Source: Polaromonas sp.
GTDB lineage: Bacteria; Pseudomonadota; Gammaproteobacteria; Burkholderiales; Burkholderiaceae_C
Length of the DNA: 64,000 nucleotides
Direction: 5' to 3'
NCBI GenBank assembly: GCA_043756405.1
Contig: JAYURC010000123.1
Span: 3,836 to 67,835 of the forward strand
Position numbers and translations under genes: made by a program. The notes beneath the pieces are model-generated. The model saw nothing but the letters and a program-made list of their open reading frames with translations. It was not told the origin of the DNA and ran no database searches. Shown here one piece after another: positions 39,464-49,421 of the stretch (position 1 is the first letter of the stretch; every line of letters starts with the position of its first letter).

Positions 39464-40747
39464 ATGCAAAATTATTCTCTGATTTTTACGTCGGTGTTCG
39501 CAGCCGTGCTGGTTATTGGCTTGCTGGTTCGGTTTTATCTGGCGTCGCGGCAGATTCGCCATGTGGCGAAAAACCGCAATACCGTCCCTGCTGCATTTGC
39601 TGCCACCATTTCGCTTTCATCGCACCAAAAAGCAGCTGACTACACCATCACCAAAGCACGTTTTGGCCTGCTGGAGATGGCTTTTGGCGCGGCGTTGTTA
39701 CTGGGTTGGACATTACTCGGCGGTATTGATGCTCTAAACCAGGCCATCAACGAGGCGGGCTTAGCAAGCTACGGTAGCTTGGTGCCACAGCTTGCGCTGC
39801 TGGCCGCGTTTGCAGTCATCAGCGGCGTGCTGGACTTGCCCTTCACGCTTTACAGCACCTTCAAAATTGAAGAGCGCTTTGGCTTTAACAAAATGACGTT
39901 CAAGTTGTGGCTGGCGGACATGATCAAAGGCCTGGCAGTTGGCGCGGTGATTGGCTTGCCGATTGTGGCGTTGATTTTGTGGCTGATGAGCAGCAGTGGC
40001 GCCTTGTGGTGGCTGTGGGCGTGGAGTGCGTGGATGGCTTTCAATTTACTGATTCTGGTGTTGTATCCGACCGTGATTGCGCCACTGTTTAACAAATTCA
40101 AACCACTGGACGATGAAACTCTCAAGGCGCGCGTCACAGCGCTGATGCAGCGCTGCGGCTTTGCAGCCAAAGGCTTGTTTGTGATGGACGGCAGCAAGCG
40201 GTCAGCTCACGCCAATGCCTACTTCACCGGCTTTGGCGCAGCCAAGCGGGTGGTGTTTTACGACACATTGCTCAAGCAGCTCAGCCCGGCTGAAGTAGAT
40301 GCCGTGCTGGCGCATGAGCTGGGGCATTTCAAGCACAAACACATTATCAAACGCATCATTGGCATGTTTGCCATGAGCCTGGTGGGGTTTGCCTTGCTGG
40401 GCTGGCTGTCAGCGCAGGTCTGGTTTTATACCGGGCTGGGCATTACGCCCAGTTTGAGCGGCAGTAACGATGCGCTGGCGCTGCTGCTGTTCATGTTGGT
40501 GGTGCCACTGTTCAGTTTTTTTATCTCGCCCATTTTTGCGCAGTTCTCACGCAAGCACGAGTTTGAAGCGGATGCCTACGCCGTGCTGCAAACTGATGGC
40601 AAAGACCTGAAAAGCGCCCTGCTCAAGCTGTACCAGGACAACGCCAGCACGCTGACACCTGACCCGGTATTCGTCAAATTTTATTACTCGCACCCACCTG
40701 CTTCAGAGCGCTTGGCCCGTATGAATATCGCCGGGAGCGCCGCATGA
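39464..40747 (+). CDS. M48-family (Ste24-like) zinc metallopeptidase
   Basis: 427-aa polytopic protein with HELGH zinc motif (LAHELGHFKH). Confidence 0.85.
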   Translation: MQNYSLIFTSVFAAVLVIGLLVRFYLASRQIRHVAKNRNTVPAAFAATISLSSHQKAADYTITKARFGLLEMAFGAALLLGWTLLGGIDALNQAINEAGLASYGSLVPQLALLAAFAVISGVLDLPFTLYSTFKIEERFGFNKMTFKLWLADMIKGLAVGAVIGLPIVALILWLMSSSGALWWLWAWSAWMAFNLLILVLYPTVIAPLFNKFKPLDDETLKARVTALMQRCGFAAKGLFVMDGSKRSAHANAYFTGFGAAKRVVFYDTLLKQLSPAEVDAVLAHELGHFKHKHIIKRIIGMFAMSLVGFALLGWLSAQVWFYTGLGITPSLSGSNDALALLLFMLVVPLFSFFISPIFAQFSRKHEFEADAYAVLQTDGKDLKSALLKLYQDNASTLTPDPVFVKFYYSHPPASERLARMNIAGSAA

Positions 40748-41064
40748 CCAACCCGATTCACAACAACCGCAAAGCCCTGAGCGCGACTGAAATCGTCACG
40801 CAGCTGAGCAAGCTCAATGGCGAGCAGCCATCGGGCTGGCGGCTGATAGACGGCGCGCTTGAGAAAACATACACCTTTAAAAACTACCACGAGACGATTG
40901 GGTTTGTGAACGCCTTGGCCTTTATTGCCAATGCCGAAGATCACCACCCCGACCTCGCTGTCAGCTACAGCAAATGCACCGTTCGCTTTAACACCCATGA
41001 TGTGAACGGCATCTCTGTCAGTGATTTTTTCTGCGCGTCAAAAGCTGACGCGTTACTTGTTTGA
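40744..41064 (+). CDS. phhB: Pterin-4-alpha-carbinolamine dehydratase
   Basis: 106 aa with the EDHHPD motif (AEDHHPDLAVSY). Confidence 0.85.
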   Translation: MTNPIHNNRKALSATEIVTQLSKLNGEQPSGWRLIDGALEKTYTFKNYHETIGFVNALAFIANAEDHHPDLAVSYSKCTVRFNTHDVNGISVSDFFCASKADALLV

Positions 41065-42020
41065 GCAAACCACAACGCGCGGCAAGTCCAGGGGCAGCCG
41101 GGACAAAGCAAGGCCTGGTCGTGGCTGGTTTTGGCCGCCATGTGCTGGTTGAAACAGCTGACGGCCAACGCATTATTTGCCACCCGCGCGGTAAAAAGGG
41201 CCAGGCGCTGGTAGGTGACAACGTGCGCTGGCTGCCCAGCGAAGACGAAGGCACGATAGAAAAAATTGACGAGCGCAGTAATGTGTTTTACCGGCAAGAC
41301 GAGCTGCGAACCAAGTCGTTTGCAGCTAACCTCGACCAAATATTGATTTTGATAGCCGCAGAGCCTGAGTTTTCAGAAAGCCAGTTGACGCGCGCGCTGA
41401 TTGCGGCCGAAGCTGCAGGCATCACGCCCGTCATTGCCCTGAATAAAAGCGACTTGACCGAGCCCTTTGGCAGAGCCTGGACCCGGCTGCAGCCGTACCG
41501 CGCCATGGGCTACAAAATGCTGCCGCTGGCCATCAAACCAAAAACAGACGCGCCTGAAAACGCCGCTCAAACTGATGAATTGATGGCGCTGCTCAAGGGC
41601 AAAAAAACACTGGTGCTCGGCCCGTCAGGCTCAGGCAAAAGCAGTCTGACTAATTTGCTCATACCCTCAGCCAAGGTGCTAACGGCTGAAATCTCGCAGG
41701 CGCTTAATTCAGGCAAACACACCACGACCAGCACCACACTGTACTGGATTGATGCGCTGCGCACCACAGCACTGATTGATTCGCCAGGCTTCCAGGAATT
41801 TGGTTTGCACCACATTGAACCCATGCAATTGGCGCAGTTGATGCCGGACTTTAAAACCCATGCGCAGGACTGCAAGTTTTATAACTGCACCCACTTGCAT
41901 GAGCCGGGTTGTGGCGTTATTTTAAGCATGAAATCGGGCTCTAGCCCAATCAATATAGGCGCTAACCGCTATCGTTTATATAGCGAATTGTTTGCTGAAT
42001 TGTCGCAAACGCGGTATTAG
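41061..42020 (+). CDS. rsgA: Ribosome small-subunit-dependent GTPase A
   Basis: Circularly permuted GTPase (NKSDL…GPSGSGKSSL) with a C-terminal zinc motif (CKFYNCTHLHEPGC). Confidence 0.9.
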   Translation: MSKPQRAASPGAAGTKQGLVVAGFGRHVLVETADGQRIICHPRGKKGQALVGDNVRWLPSEDEGTIEKIDERSNVFYRQDELRTKSFAANLDQILILIAAEPEFSESQLTRALIAAEAAGITPVIALNKSDLTEPFGRAWTRLQPYRAMGYKMLPLAIKPKTDAPENAAQTDELMALLKGKKTLVLGPSGSGKSSLTNLLIPSAKVLTAEISQALNSGKHTTTSTTLYWIDALRTTALIDSPGFQEFGLHHIEPMQLAQLMPDFKTHAQDCKFYNCTHLHEPGCGVILSMKSGSSPINIGANRYRLYSELFAELSQTRY

Positions 42021-43051
42021 CCCAACAGTCTGGCCAGCGTCAAAAGCGCCAGCAGCACCATCCACAGCACAACTGAACGCCACACGAGGCCCACAATGCT
42101 GCGCAAGTGGGCTACTTCCGGCTCACGGCCGGGTGTGGCCTGCGTCGATACATCAGGCGTCGCTGTGTTGGCTACTAAAAATCCTGCCGATGCATTCGGG
42201 TCAAACGCGGGTTGCAAGGCCCGCCCACCCAAGCGCACATTCACTGCGCCCGAAGTCGCCGCCAAAATAATGCCGTCGTTACGGGTTTCCAGCGCCACAG
42301 CGTCGTCATTTGAAAAGCGCTGTGCACCACTGTTTTTATAGCTACGCCAGGCATCAATCGCGTCTTCAAAACTGCCGACCACGGCAAACCCCAGCGACGT
42401 GACGCGAACCGGTAAATAGTCCAGCACGCCCCAAGCCTGACTGGCAGCGGTTTGCAACGCCGGACTTGCGCCCTCGCCGGCTTCGAGCGATTTGCTTTTG
42501 AAGCGCCAATAGCGCGCAACAAATTCACTCATGCGGTATAGCACTGCACCCATCGGCCCCAGCCCAAATGCGGCAAGCAGCGAGAACCAGCCCAGTACAC
42601 CAAACACATGGCGGTGTGCGGCCAAGACTGAATATTCAATCACATGTCGAACAATTTCGCTACGCGGCAGCTCGCTGGCATCGACTTGCCGCCACTCGGC
42701 CAAGAGCTCACGCGCAGTGTCTTCGTCGCCATCATCGAGCGCGTCGCGTATGTCAGTAAAGTAATGGCTGAACTGGCGAAAGCCCAGTGTCACGTACAAA
42801 ATGCCAACACTCCAGGCGAAAGCCAGTAACGGGTGCACATACCAAAGCGCCCAATGCATCGCCAAAGCGCACAAACTGGGCAATGCAACGGCAACGGCCC
42901 AGGCTATCCAGCCGTGATGCGCCTGTCCGGCGTCCAGGTGGCGGCTCGCCCAGCGCGCCCACTGCCTGAAACCCGCATGAATCCAGTTGCCGCGCGCCAA
43001 TGGGCGGGCTTGTTCAATCAGCAAGGCAAACAGTACAGCGAAAAAACTCAT
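42017..43051 (-). CDS. CobD/CbiB-family (AmpE-like) membrane protein
   Basis: 344 aa. The N-terminal FFAVLFALLIEQARPL pattern and TM topology resemble the CobD/CbiB/AmpE family. Function is uncertain. Confidence 0.55.
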   Translation of the reverse strand: MSFFAVLFALLIEQARPLARGNWIHAGFRQWARWASRHLDAGQAHHGWIAWAVAVALPSLCALAMHWALWYVHPLLAFAWSVGILYVTLGFRQFSHYFTDIRDALDDGDEDTARELLAEWRQVDASELPRSEIVRHVIEYSVLAAHRHVFGVLGWFSLLAAFGLGPMGAVLYRMSEFVARYWRFKSKSLEAGEGASPALQTAASQAWGVLDYLPVRVTSLGFAVVGSFEDAIDAWRSYKNSGAQRFSNDDAVALETRNDGIILAATSGAVNVRLGGRALQPAFDPNASAGFLVANTATPDVSTQATPGREPEVAHLRSIVGLVWRSVVLWMVLLALLTLARLLG

Positions 43052-43066
43052 TCTGAATGATAACGG

Positions 43067-43774
43067 TCAAGCAGATAAAAACCGATACAGATTGCGCAAC
43101 ATGCCAGCCGTTGCGCCCCAGATAAAGCGCTCGGGCGACTGACCGTTATCTTGCAAGATACTGTGGTCTAGATAAGGCATAGACAGCCATTCGCGCGTGA
43201 TACCGTCAAACTCTACCGCGTGGCGGCGGTGATTGGCGGGTTTCATCAGGTAGGCCAGCGGCACTTCAAACACATCAGCCACCTCACCCGGATTAGGTTG
43301 CAGCACAAACCCCGGCGTCACCAGCGCAACCACCGGCGTGACGCTGTAGGCCGTACCTGTGACGTAAATCGGCAGCGTTCCCAGCACCTCGACATGCTCA
43401 CGCGGCAAGCCGATTTCCTCTGTGGCCTCGCGCAACGCGGTGTCAACCGCATCAATATCGGTAGCGTCAGTGCGGCCACCGGGAAATGCAACCTGGCCTG
43501 CATGAGACGACAAATGGGTTGTACGCTGGGTGAGGAGCAGCATCAACTCATCGCGCGTGACCAGCGCTATCAAAACCGCAGCGGCAGCCGGCTCGCGGTT
43601 CTCAAATTTCTTTTCAACGCTGTGTTCAGGTGTCCAAACTGGTGGCTTGGCAAACCGCAGCCTGAGCGATGCAGGCGTCAAACGGTCAGGCGCAATGCCC
43701 TCAAGGTGGTCGTCGATTCCTTGTACAGGAATCGTGCGCGGGTCGAACTTGGGTAAAGGTTTACTGAATTGCAT
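43067..43774 (-). CDS. NUDIX hydrolase, CoA pyrophosphatase-like
   Basis: Nudix box GGRTDATDIDAVDTALREATEEIGL. ATG 43774 is preferred, because the GTG at 43786 lies inside the rplS terminator stem. Confidence 0.8.
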   Translation of the reverse strand: MQFSKPLPKFDPRTIPVQGIDDHLEGIAPDRLTPASLRLRFAKPPVWTPEHSVEKKFENREPAAAAVLIALVTRDELMLLLTQRTTHLSSHAGQVAFPGGRTDATDIDAVDTALREATEEIGLPREHVEVLGTLPIYVTGTAYSVTPVVALVTPGFVLQPNPGEVADVFEVPLAYLMKPANHRRHAVEFDGITREWLSMPYLDHSILQDNGQSPERFIWGATAGMLRNLYRFLSA

Positions 43775-43799
43775 AAAAAAAGCCACTCCGGGGAGTGGC
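43775..43799 (-). terminator. Intrinsic terminator of the rpsP-rimM-trmD-rplS operon
   Basis: The minus strand reads GCCACTCC-cc-GGAGTGGC followed by T7. Confidence 0.7.
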
Positions 43800-43845
43800 T
43801 TTGCTGTTGGCCTGTTTAAAACACAAGGGGCAATTAAGCCGTGAG

Positions 43846-44211
43846 TTAAGCGGCCTTGACGCCCAGCTTTTCCTTGATACGTGCTGACTTGCCGCTGCGG
43901 CTGCGCAGGTAGTACAACTTGGCACGGCGGACATCACCGCGGCGCTTGACTTCGATCTTGGCAATCAATGGGCTGTAAACCTGGAAAGTACGCTCGACAC
44001 CTTCGCCGTTCGAAATTTTACGAACGATAAAGCTGGAGTTCAGGCCGCGATTGCGCTTGGCAATCACCACACCTTCAAAAGCCTGCATACGTTTGCGGGT
44101 GCCTTCAACCACATTGACGCTGACGATCACGGTGTCGCCAGGTGAATAAACAGGAACAGTTTTGTTCAGACGAGCAATTTCTTCTTGCTCAAGGATTTGA
44201 ATCAGATTCAT
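43846..44211 (-). CDS. rplS: 50S ribosomal protein L19
   Basis: Starts [11 protein letters not shown]… and matches the L19 sequence pattern throughout. Confidence 0.95.
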   Translation of the reverse strand: MNLIQILEQEEIARLNKTVPVYSPGDTVIVSVNVVEGTRKRMQAFEGVVIAKRNRGLNSSFIVRKISNGEGVERTFQVYSPLIAKIEVKRRGDVRRAKLYYLRSRSGKSARIKEKLGVKAA

Positions 44212-44295
44212 AAAAATTCCAGAAAACAATTTCGGTCATTCACGCGCTACGCTAAAGACCGCAATTCTGAGCCGTTAACTTGTTTAGTTGTTTGC

Positions 44296-44346
44296 TTCAG
44301 TTGCAGTGGCCGCCAGAGGATCGAAAAGCTCCTGATTATAGCAATT
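44296..44346 (-). repeat. Dispersed repeat, partial copy D
   Basis: The minus strand reads TAAATTGCTATAATCAGGAGCTTTT… starting at the trmD stop codon. The 5' module matches copy A (AATTGCTATTAATTTAGGAGCTTTTT); the 3' module is diverged. Confidence 0.5.
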
Positions 44347-45116
44347 TACATATTCCGGCCAGGGCCGATTTCAGCCGCCGCTAAAAACGCCTCGTCTTTA
44401 GCCGTCAACTGGCCACCAACACGTGCTAGTTCGACCAGCTCTGGCCGCTGTTGCTGGGTTAACGCCAGGCGCTGCTCGCGCCGCCAGCATTCAATATGGG
44501 CGTGGTTGCCCGACATCAGCACATCTGGCACCACATGCCCTTGCCAGTCAACAGGGCGGGTGTAATGCGGGCAGTCGAGCAGACCATCAAGTGCTGGGTT
44601 GAAGCTGTCTAATTGGTGGCTTCCCTCATCATTAAGCACGCCAGGCTGCAGCCGGGCCACAGCATCGAGCATGGCCATCGCAGCAATTTCACCGCCTGAC
44701 AGCACAAAGTCACCCAGGCTGATTTGATGCGTCACGTATTTGTTAATAAAGCGCTGGTCAATGCCTTCGTAGCGGCCGCAAATCAACACGGCGCCCTGGC
44801 TTGCGGACCACTCTTCAATACTGCTGTGATTTAAAGTTTTGCCGATGGGTGAAAACAGCGCAACGGGGTCAACATCAGAGCCTCGTTCGGCGCGGATGGC
44901 TGCCAGGCACTGCGCCAGCGGTTCAGCCAGCATCACCATGCCGGGCCCGCCGCCAAACGGTCTGTCATCGATTCTTTTGTAAGTTCCAACCGCAAAGTCG
45001 CGTGGATTCCAGAGCTTGACATCGACCAAACCGGACTCGTACGCGCGCCGCGTGACGCCGCTGATTAAGAACGGTGCAAAAAGCTCAGGGAATAAGGTAA
45101 TGACATCAAAGCGCAT
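44346..45116 (-). CDS. trmD: tRNA (guanine37-N1)-methyltransferase
   Basis: MRFDVITLFPE… at the N-terminus and GRYEGIDQR…SLGDFVLSGGE motifs. Confidence 0.95.
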   Translation of the reverse strand: MRFDVITLFPELFAPFLISGVTRRAYESGLVDVKLWNPRDFAVGTYKRIDDRPFGGGPGMVMLAEPLAQCLAAIRAERGSDVDPVALFSPIGKTLNHSSIEEWSASQGAVLICGRYEGIDQRFINKYVTHQISLGDFVLSGGEIAAMAMLDAVARLQPGVLNDEGSHQLDSFNPALDGLLDCPHYTRPVDWQGHVVPDVLMSGNHAHIECWRREQRLALTQQQRPELVELARVGGQLTAKDEAFLAAAEIGPGRNM

Positions 45117-45160
45117 GAACGTGCCAGTGCGTTGTCAATGCGTTGTTAAAGCGAGGCGAC

Positions 45161-45751
45161 TCAGTAATCGGGCTGCCAGTCAACCGCGATCAATTTGCCC
45201 GCAATATCAACCGAATCAACATAAGCCGAGACAAACGGAATCAAACGCTCGTCTGGTTTGCTACTACCGTCTTCTTGCACAGCCGGGTATTCAATGCACA
45301 GAACCGAATGCGGGCCAGTAGCCATCAAGTCGCGTACACAGCCTAAAGCCAGGCCTTCACGATTAATGACATTCAAACCAATCAGGTCAACCCAGTAATA
45401 CTCGTCTTTCGACGCTTTTGGAAAGGCGCTGCGCGGCAAAAATATGCGGCAACCACGCAGGGATTCGGCGTCGTTGCGATCATCGAGGCCGTCAAATTTG
45501 GCAACGACAGAATCAGAGTGGATCTTGGCCTCGTCAACCGCGATGGTGACTGTTCCCGTGAAGGCATTAAAGCCCGGACGAAATTTGGCATCAGGAGCTT
45601 GCAAAAACCAGGACTTGGCTAAGAACAAGGCCTCAGGATCAGAATTGTGGGGCAGGATTTTGAGCCATCCTTTGACACCCCACGCATCCAAAACGCGTCC
45701 GACTTCAATCGAATCGTCTGGCAGTGCAGACGGTTTTAAGTCGAACGCCAT
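45161..45751 (-). CDS. rimM: 16S rRNA processing protein RimM
   Basis: 196 aa, assigned by RimM pattern and operon position. Confidence 0.9.
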   Translation of the reverse strand: MAFDLKPSALPDDSIEVGRVLDAWGVKGWLKILPHNSDPEALFLAKSWFLQAPDAKFRPGFNAFTGTVTIAVDEAKIHSDSVVAKFDGLDDRNDAESLRGCRIFLPRSAFPKASKDEYYWVDLIGLNVINREGLALGCVRDLMATGPHSVLCIEYPAVQEDGSSKPDERLIPFVSAYVDSVDIAGKLIAVDWQPDY

Positions 45752-45760
45752 TTTTTGAAA

Positions 45761-46021
45761 TTAAGCGGCCTTGGCGGCAGCGGCTGCGCCTTGCTTGATC
45801 AGGCGCTCAACGGTGGGGGACGCTTGTGCACCAACACCAACCCAGTGGGTCAAGCGGTCTTGCATGATGCGCAAACCCTCTTCGCCGCCCTTGGCAATCG
45901 GATTGTAAAAACCGATACGCTCGATGAAACGGCCATCGCGGCGAACGCGCTTGTCAGCCACAACGATGTTAAAAAATGGACGGTGCTTAGAACCGCCGCG
46001 TGCAAGCCGGATAACGACCAT
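45761..46021 (-). CDS. rpsP: 30S ribosomal protein S16
   Basis: [23 protein letters not shown]…. Confidence 0.95.
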   Translation of the reverse strand: MVVIRLARGGSKHRPFFNIVVADKRVRRDGRFIERIGFYNPIAKGGEEGLRIMQDRLTHWVGVGAQASPTVERLIKQGAAAAAKAA

Positions 46022-46139
46022 GATGTATTCCCAGGGTGGAGGGCATACCTAAAAAAAGTAATGCATGCCCAAAAAGTTCTTGCAACGGTTGAGACACTCG
46101 ACATGACCACCCGGCCAGCGAACTGCTGCAAAGCCTTTG

Positions 46140-46168
46140 ATTATAGCGCGCCAGTCAGTATCATTGAA
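46140..46168 (-). promoter_or_regulatory. Candidate sigma70 promoter of the rpsP operon
   Basis: The minus strand reads TTCAAT (46168-46163), a 17-nt spacer, then TATAAT (46145-46140). This is about 120 nt upstream of the rpsP ATG. Confidence 0.45.
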
Positions 46169-46203
46169 GTTTTAACCACGCCCATTCACCACACCTAATT
46201 CCT

Positions 46204-46734
46204 ATGCCGATTATTCGCCCAAGCATTGATGCTGACATTACCCAAGTGACCGCCATTTATGCGCACCACGTTTTAAACAGCACTGGCACGTTTGAAACCG
46301 AGGCACCTAGCCTAGAGGATATGACCAACCGCCGCGCCGATGTACTGGGCAAAGGGCTGCCGTATCTTGTGGCGGTGGATGATGGCAAGGTAGTCGGCTT
46401 TGCGTACGGTAACTGGTTCAAGCCCCGGCCGGCCTACCGCTATTCGGTTGAAGATTCAATCTACCTGGCACCTGACCAGCAGGGCAAAGGCCTGGGCCGC
46501 GCCCTGCTGGCTGAGCTGATGGCGTGCTGCGAGGCGGTCGGGATTCGCAAAATGATGGCGATCATTGGGGATTCAGCCAACGCCGGATCTGTCGGTTTGC
46601 ATGTGGCACTGGGCTTTGAGCATGTCGGCAAAATTGATGCCTGCGGCTGGAAGTTTGGCGCCTGGCGCGATATTGTCATCATGCAGAAAACGCTGGGATT
46701 AGGTGACACTCAAGCGCCCAGCGACCTAACCTGA
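46204..46734 (+). CDS. GNAT N-acetyltransferase (phosphinothricin/methionine-sulfoximine acetyltransferase-like)
   Basis: 176 aa with a PAT-family pattern (IYAHHVLNSTGTFETEAPS…, QGKGLGRALLAEL). Confidence 0.8.
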   Translation: MPIIRPSIDADITQVTAIYAHHVLNSTGTFETEAPSLEDMTNRRADVLGKGLPYLVAVDDGKVVGFAYGNWFKPRPAYRYSVEDSIYLAPDQQGKGLGRALLAELMACCEAVGIRKMMAIIGDSANAGSVGLHVALGFEHVGKIDACGWKFGAWRDIVIMQKTLGLGDTQAPSDLT

Positions 46735-46755
46735 AAAGTTGCCGCTGATAATTAA

Positions 46756-47208
46756 ATGATGGCACTTAAAAACAAAACACTCGCCACCTGGTTGGCGTTT
46801 ATCTTCGGTCAGTTGGGTCTGCACCGCTTTTATCTGTTCGGGCTGAAAGACCTGCTGGGCTGGCTGCACCCGTTACTGGCAGCCATTGGCTGGTACGGCG
46901 TCTACCGCGTTCGCACGCTGGGGCAAGATGACCAATTGGCGTGGCTGCTGGTGCCCATTTTGGGATTTACGCTGGCCGCTACCGCTATCACAGCGATTTA
47001 TTACGGGTTGTCGTCGCTTGAAAAGTGGAACGCCACACACAACCCCCACCAGCCGGATGCGCTGGCAGGGCAAACCAATTGGCTGGTGATTGGTGCGGTA
47101 GTTTTCTCGGTACTGATGGGTGCTACCGCGCTGATGTCCAGCATTGCGTTCAGCTTTCAGCGCTACTTTGAATACCAAATCGAAGAAGCGAAAAAAATAT
47201 CGCAGTAG
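46756..47208 (+). CDS. TM2-domain-like membrane protein
   Basis: 150 aa. The N-terminal TWLAFIFGQLGLHRFYL resembles a TM2 domain, followed by further TM segments. Confidence 0.6.
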   Translation: MMALKNKTLATWLAFIFGQLGLHRFYLFGLKDLLGWLHPLLAAIGWYGVYRVRTLGQDDQLAWLLVPILGFTLAATAITAIYYGLSSLEKWNATHNPHQPDALAGQTNWLVIGAVVFSVLMGATALMSSIAFSFQRYFEYQIEEAKKISQ

Positions 47209-47234
47209 CGCCGAAACACCGGTTTAAGGCACGC

Positions 47235-49334
47235 TTAGAAGCTGGCTTGTAAGCCCACTTTCAAGCTGCGTCCCGGCAGCGGAGGTGCGTTAGGAAAAGC
47301 AGTCGACGTCAAAATTGACGTGGCACTGTAGGCCAAAGCGTTTGTCAGATTGTCCAAACGCGCATAAAGCAGTGTGCTGACTGGCCCTGCTTTCACCCGG
47401 TAATTGACGCCCGCGTTCCAACGCGTGCTGGCCGCCACAGTTTGGTCGCCAGCCGGAACACGATCTTGAGCTGCCGCGTAATCAAAGCCAATATTGGCAC
47501 CAAACGGGCCACTTGAATATTTCAGTGTGGCTCCCAAACGCATGGGCGTAATGCGGGGCAAGGGCTGCCCCGTCGTCAGGTTGCTTGCCCTGACCATATC
47601 TGCACGCAAGCCCAAATCGAGCGGAGACGCGCCTTCCATCAAGCGGATATTGCCACTCACCTCGAAGCCTGTAAAACGCGCTCGAATCTGCTGGTAGCGA
47701 AACTCGTTGAGCGGATCAAACGCCACACCTGCCTGCGTAAAACCTGGGTTGGCCGGGTCGTCGACCGGGTTCACTTCGCCGTCTTCCTTGTTGCGGGTGA
47801 CGCCAGCAGATTGCACCAAACCAATGTAATTGCTAAAGCGGCTGGTGTAAGCGTTCACGGCAAACGCATGGGCACCGGATTTCCACGCCGCCCCGATATC
47901 GACTTGCAAGGCGCGCTCTTTGTTGAACGATGCGTCGCCCACCTCGTAGGCACGGGTGGCAATGTGCGGGCCATCAGCAAACAGCTCATAGTCGTTGGGC
48001 GCACGCTCGGTATGTGCAAGATTGGTGGTTAATTGCCATGCGGGCGAGACATTCCACAGTGCGCCTAGTGCGTAGCTGTTTGGTTTGAAGTCACGCTTGC
48101 CGGGTACAAATTTGGCCAGCGCCGGGTTGGGGTTGCCCAGTGATTCCACCTTGACTGATTCGACCCGGCCGCCAAAGGTCAACTTGCCCCAATCCGTTTT
48201 GTATTCTTCGTAGGCAAACAAGGCGCTTTGCTGTGTTGTGCTGTATGGCGCAAACGCTTCATCGCCATCGGCTGAAAAGCGCGCGTTATCAAGCTGTACG
48301 CCGACCAGACCTTCAAAACCGCCTAACTTGGCATGGCGCGCTTCTAACCTGAAGTCACTGCCTTTCGTTTTGAAAACGGTACCCACAGCGCCATCGTCAA
48401 ATTCGGTATGGGCATAGTCAGTTTGGCTGTACTGGCCTTTGATGCTTTGAAGAAAACCACCGAGGTTACGAATCTCGCCTTCAAGCGCATAGCGATCCGA
48501 CTTCATGCCAATGGTCACATCTGCTTCTGCCACGGTGCCGTAGTTGCTACGGTAAGTGCTGGCCGATGCGCCCAAATATCCGTTGGCAAACAATAATGAA
48601 CCGCCCACCCCGCTACCATTGACCCGGCTTTGAGAATTGCAAATACGCTGGGCAGTGAATGCACCAGAAGCCTTGTTGCAAGCCATGTCAGCAGGCACGA
48701 CAACATCGCCTGTTTGGCGTTCAAAAGCATCGACATGCAAGGCAAAACGATCCGTCCCGGCTTCTAGCAACACGCCCGTACCGCGTTCACGGTTGCCACT
48801 GGCAAAGCCTGAATCAAGCTTGCCCATTACCCCGCCGTTGCTGTCAAATTGCGCTTCTTTACCGATTCGGTTGTCAATCACATTGACCACACCGCCGATG
48901 GCACTGCCACCGTACTGCAGCGCGCCCGGGCCGCGCAACACCTCGATGCGTTCAATGCTGATCGGGTCTGCGGTGACGGAATGGTCATAACTGAGTGACG
49001 ACACATCCAGCAAGCCGCCGCCATTGTTCAGGATACGAATGCGGTCACCGTCTTGCCCGCGAATGATGGGGCGGCTGGCATTGGGACCAAAGTAGGTGCT
49101 GCTGACGCCAGGGGTGCCGTCAAGCGTTTCGCCCAACGTGGTTTTAGAACGTAATAACAGTCCATCGCCCGAATAACTTGCGCTAGGCGCTATTAAATCT
49201 GAAGCACCCAGGGGGTTGCCGGTGATGGTGACTTCTTTGAGCTGCGGCGTTTGAGCTACGGCGGCTTGCGCGTAAAGCGCGCAGACTGACAGCACCGCCA
49301 GCCGGACGGCACGGTTTGAAAATAATGTTGGCAT
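47235..49334 (-). CDS. TonB-dependent outer-membrane receptor, ZnuD-like
   Basis: Signal peptide, a plug with RPIIRGQDGDRIRILNNGG…SYDHSV…IEVLRGPGALQYG, and a C-terminal beta-barrel ending in F. The start was chosen at MPTLFSN (49334). It is the last gene of the zur-led gene string. Confidence 0.8.
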   Translation of the reverse strand: MPTLFSNRAVRLAVLSVCALYAQAAVAQTPQLKEVTITGNPLGASDLIAPSASYSGDGLLLRSKTTLGETLDGTPGVSSTYFGPNASRPIIRGQDGDRIRILNNGGGLLDVSSLSYDHSVTADPISIERIEVLRGPGALQYGGSAIGGVVNVIDNRIGKEAQFDSNGGVMGKLDSGFASGNRERGTGVLLEAGTDRFALHVDAFERQTGDVVVPADMACNKASGAFTAQRICNSQSRVNGSGVGGSLLFANGYLGASASTYRSNYGTVAEADVTIGMKSDRYALEGEIRNLGGFLQSIKGQYSQTDYAHTEFDDGAVGTVFKTKGSDFRLEARHAKLGGFEGLVGVQLDNARFSADGDEAFAPYSTTQQSALFAYEEYKTDWGKLTFGGRVESVKVESLGNPNPALAKFVPGKRDFKPNSYALGALWNVSPAWQLTTNLAHTERAPNDYELFADGPHIATRAYEVGDASFNKERALQVDIGAAWKSGAHAFAVNAYTSRFSNYIGLVQSAGVTRNKEDGEVNPVDDPANPGFTQAGVAFDPLNEFRYQQIRARFTGFEVSGNIRLMEGASPLDLGLRADMVRASNLTTGQPLPRITPMRLGATLKYSSGPFGANIGFDYAAAQDRVPAGDQTVAASTRWNAGVNYRVKAGPVSTLLYARLDNLTNALAYSATSILTSTAFPNAPPLPGRSLKVGLQASF

Positions 49335-49354
49335 GAATTGACCTGAATGAATCT

Positions 49355-49396
49355 GAAGAAAGCAAAAACCACTCGCTGGCCACACAGGCCAGCGAG
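49355..49396 (-). terminator. Strong hairpin with T-rich tail between the His-rich gene and the TBDR gene
   Basis: CTCGCTGGCC (49372-49381) and GGCCAGCGAG (49387-49396) form a 10-bp perfect stem with a 5-nt loop. On the minus strand it is followed by TGGTTTTTGCTTTCTT. Confidence 0.5.
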
Positions 49397-49421
49397 CAAC
49401 AACAAAGAATGAAAGGGAGAT

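Noticed and set aside
43784-43786. GTG start of the NUDIX ORF given by the ORF track
   Set aside because: The codon lies inside the stem of the rplS operon terminator, so ATG 43774 is preferred.
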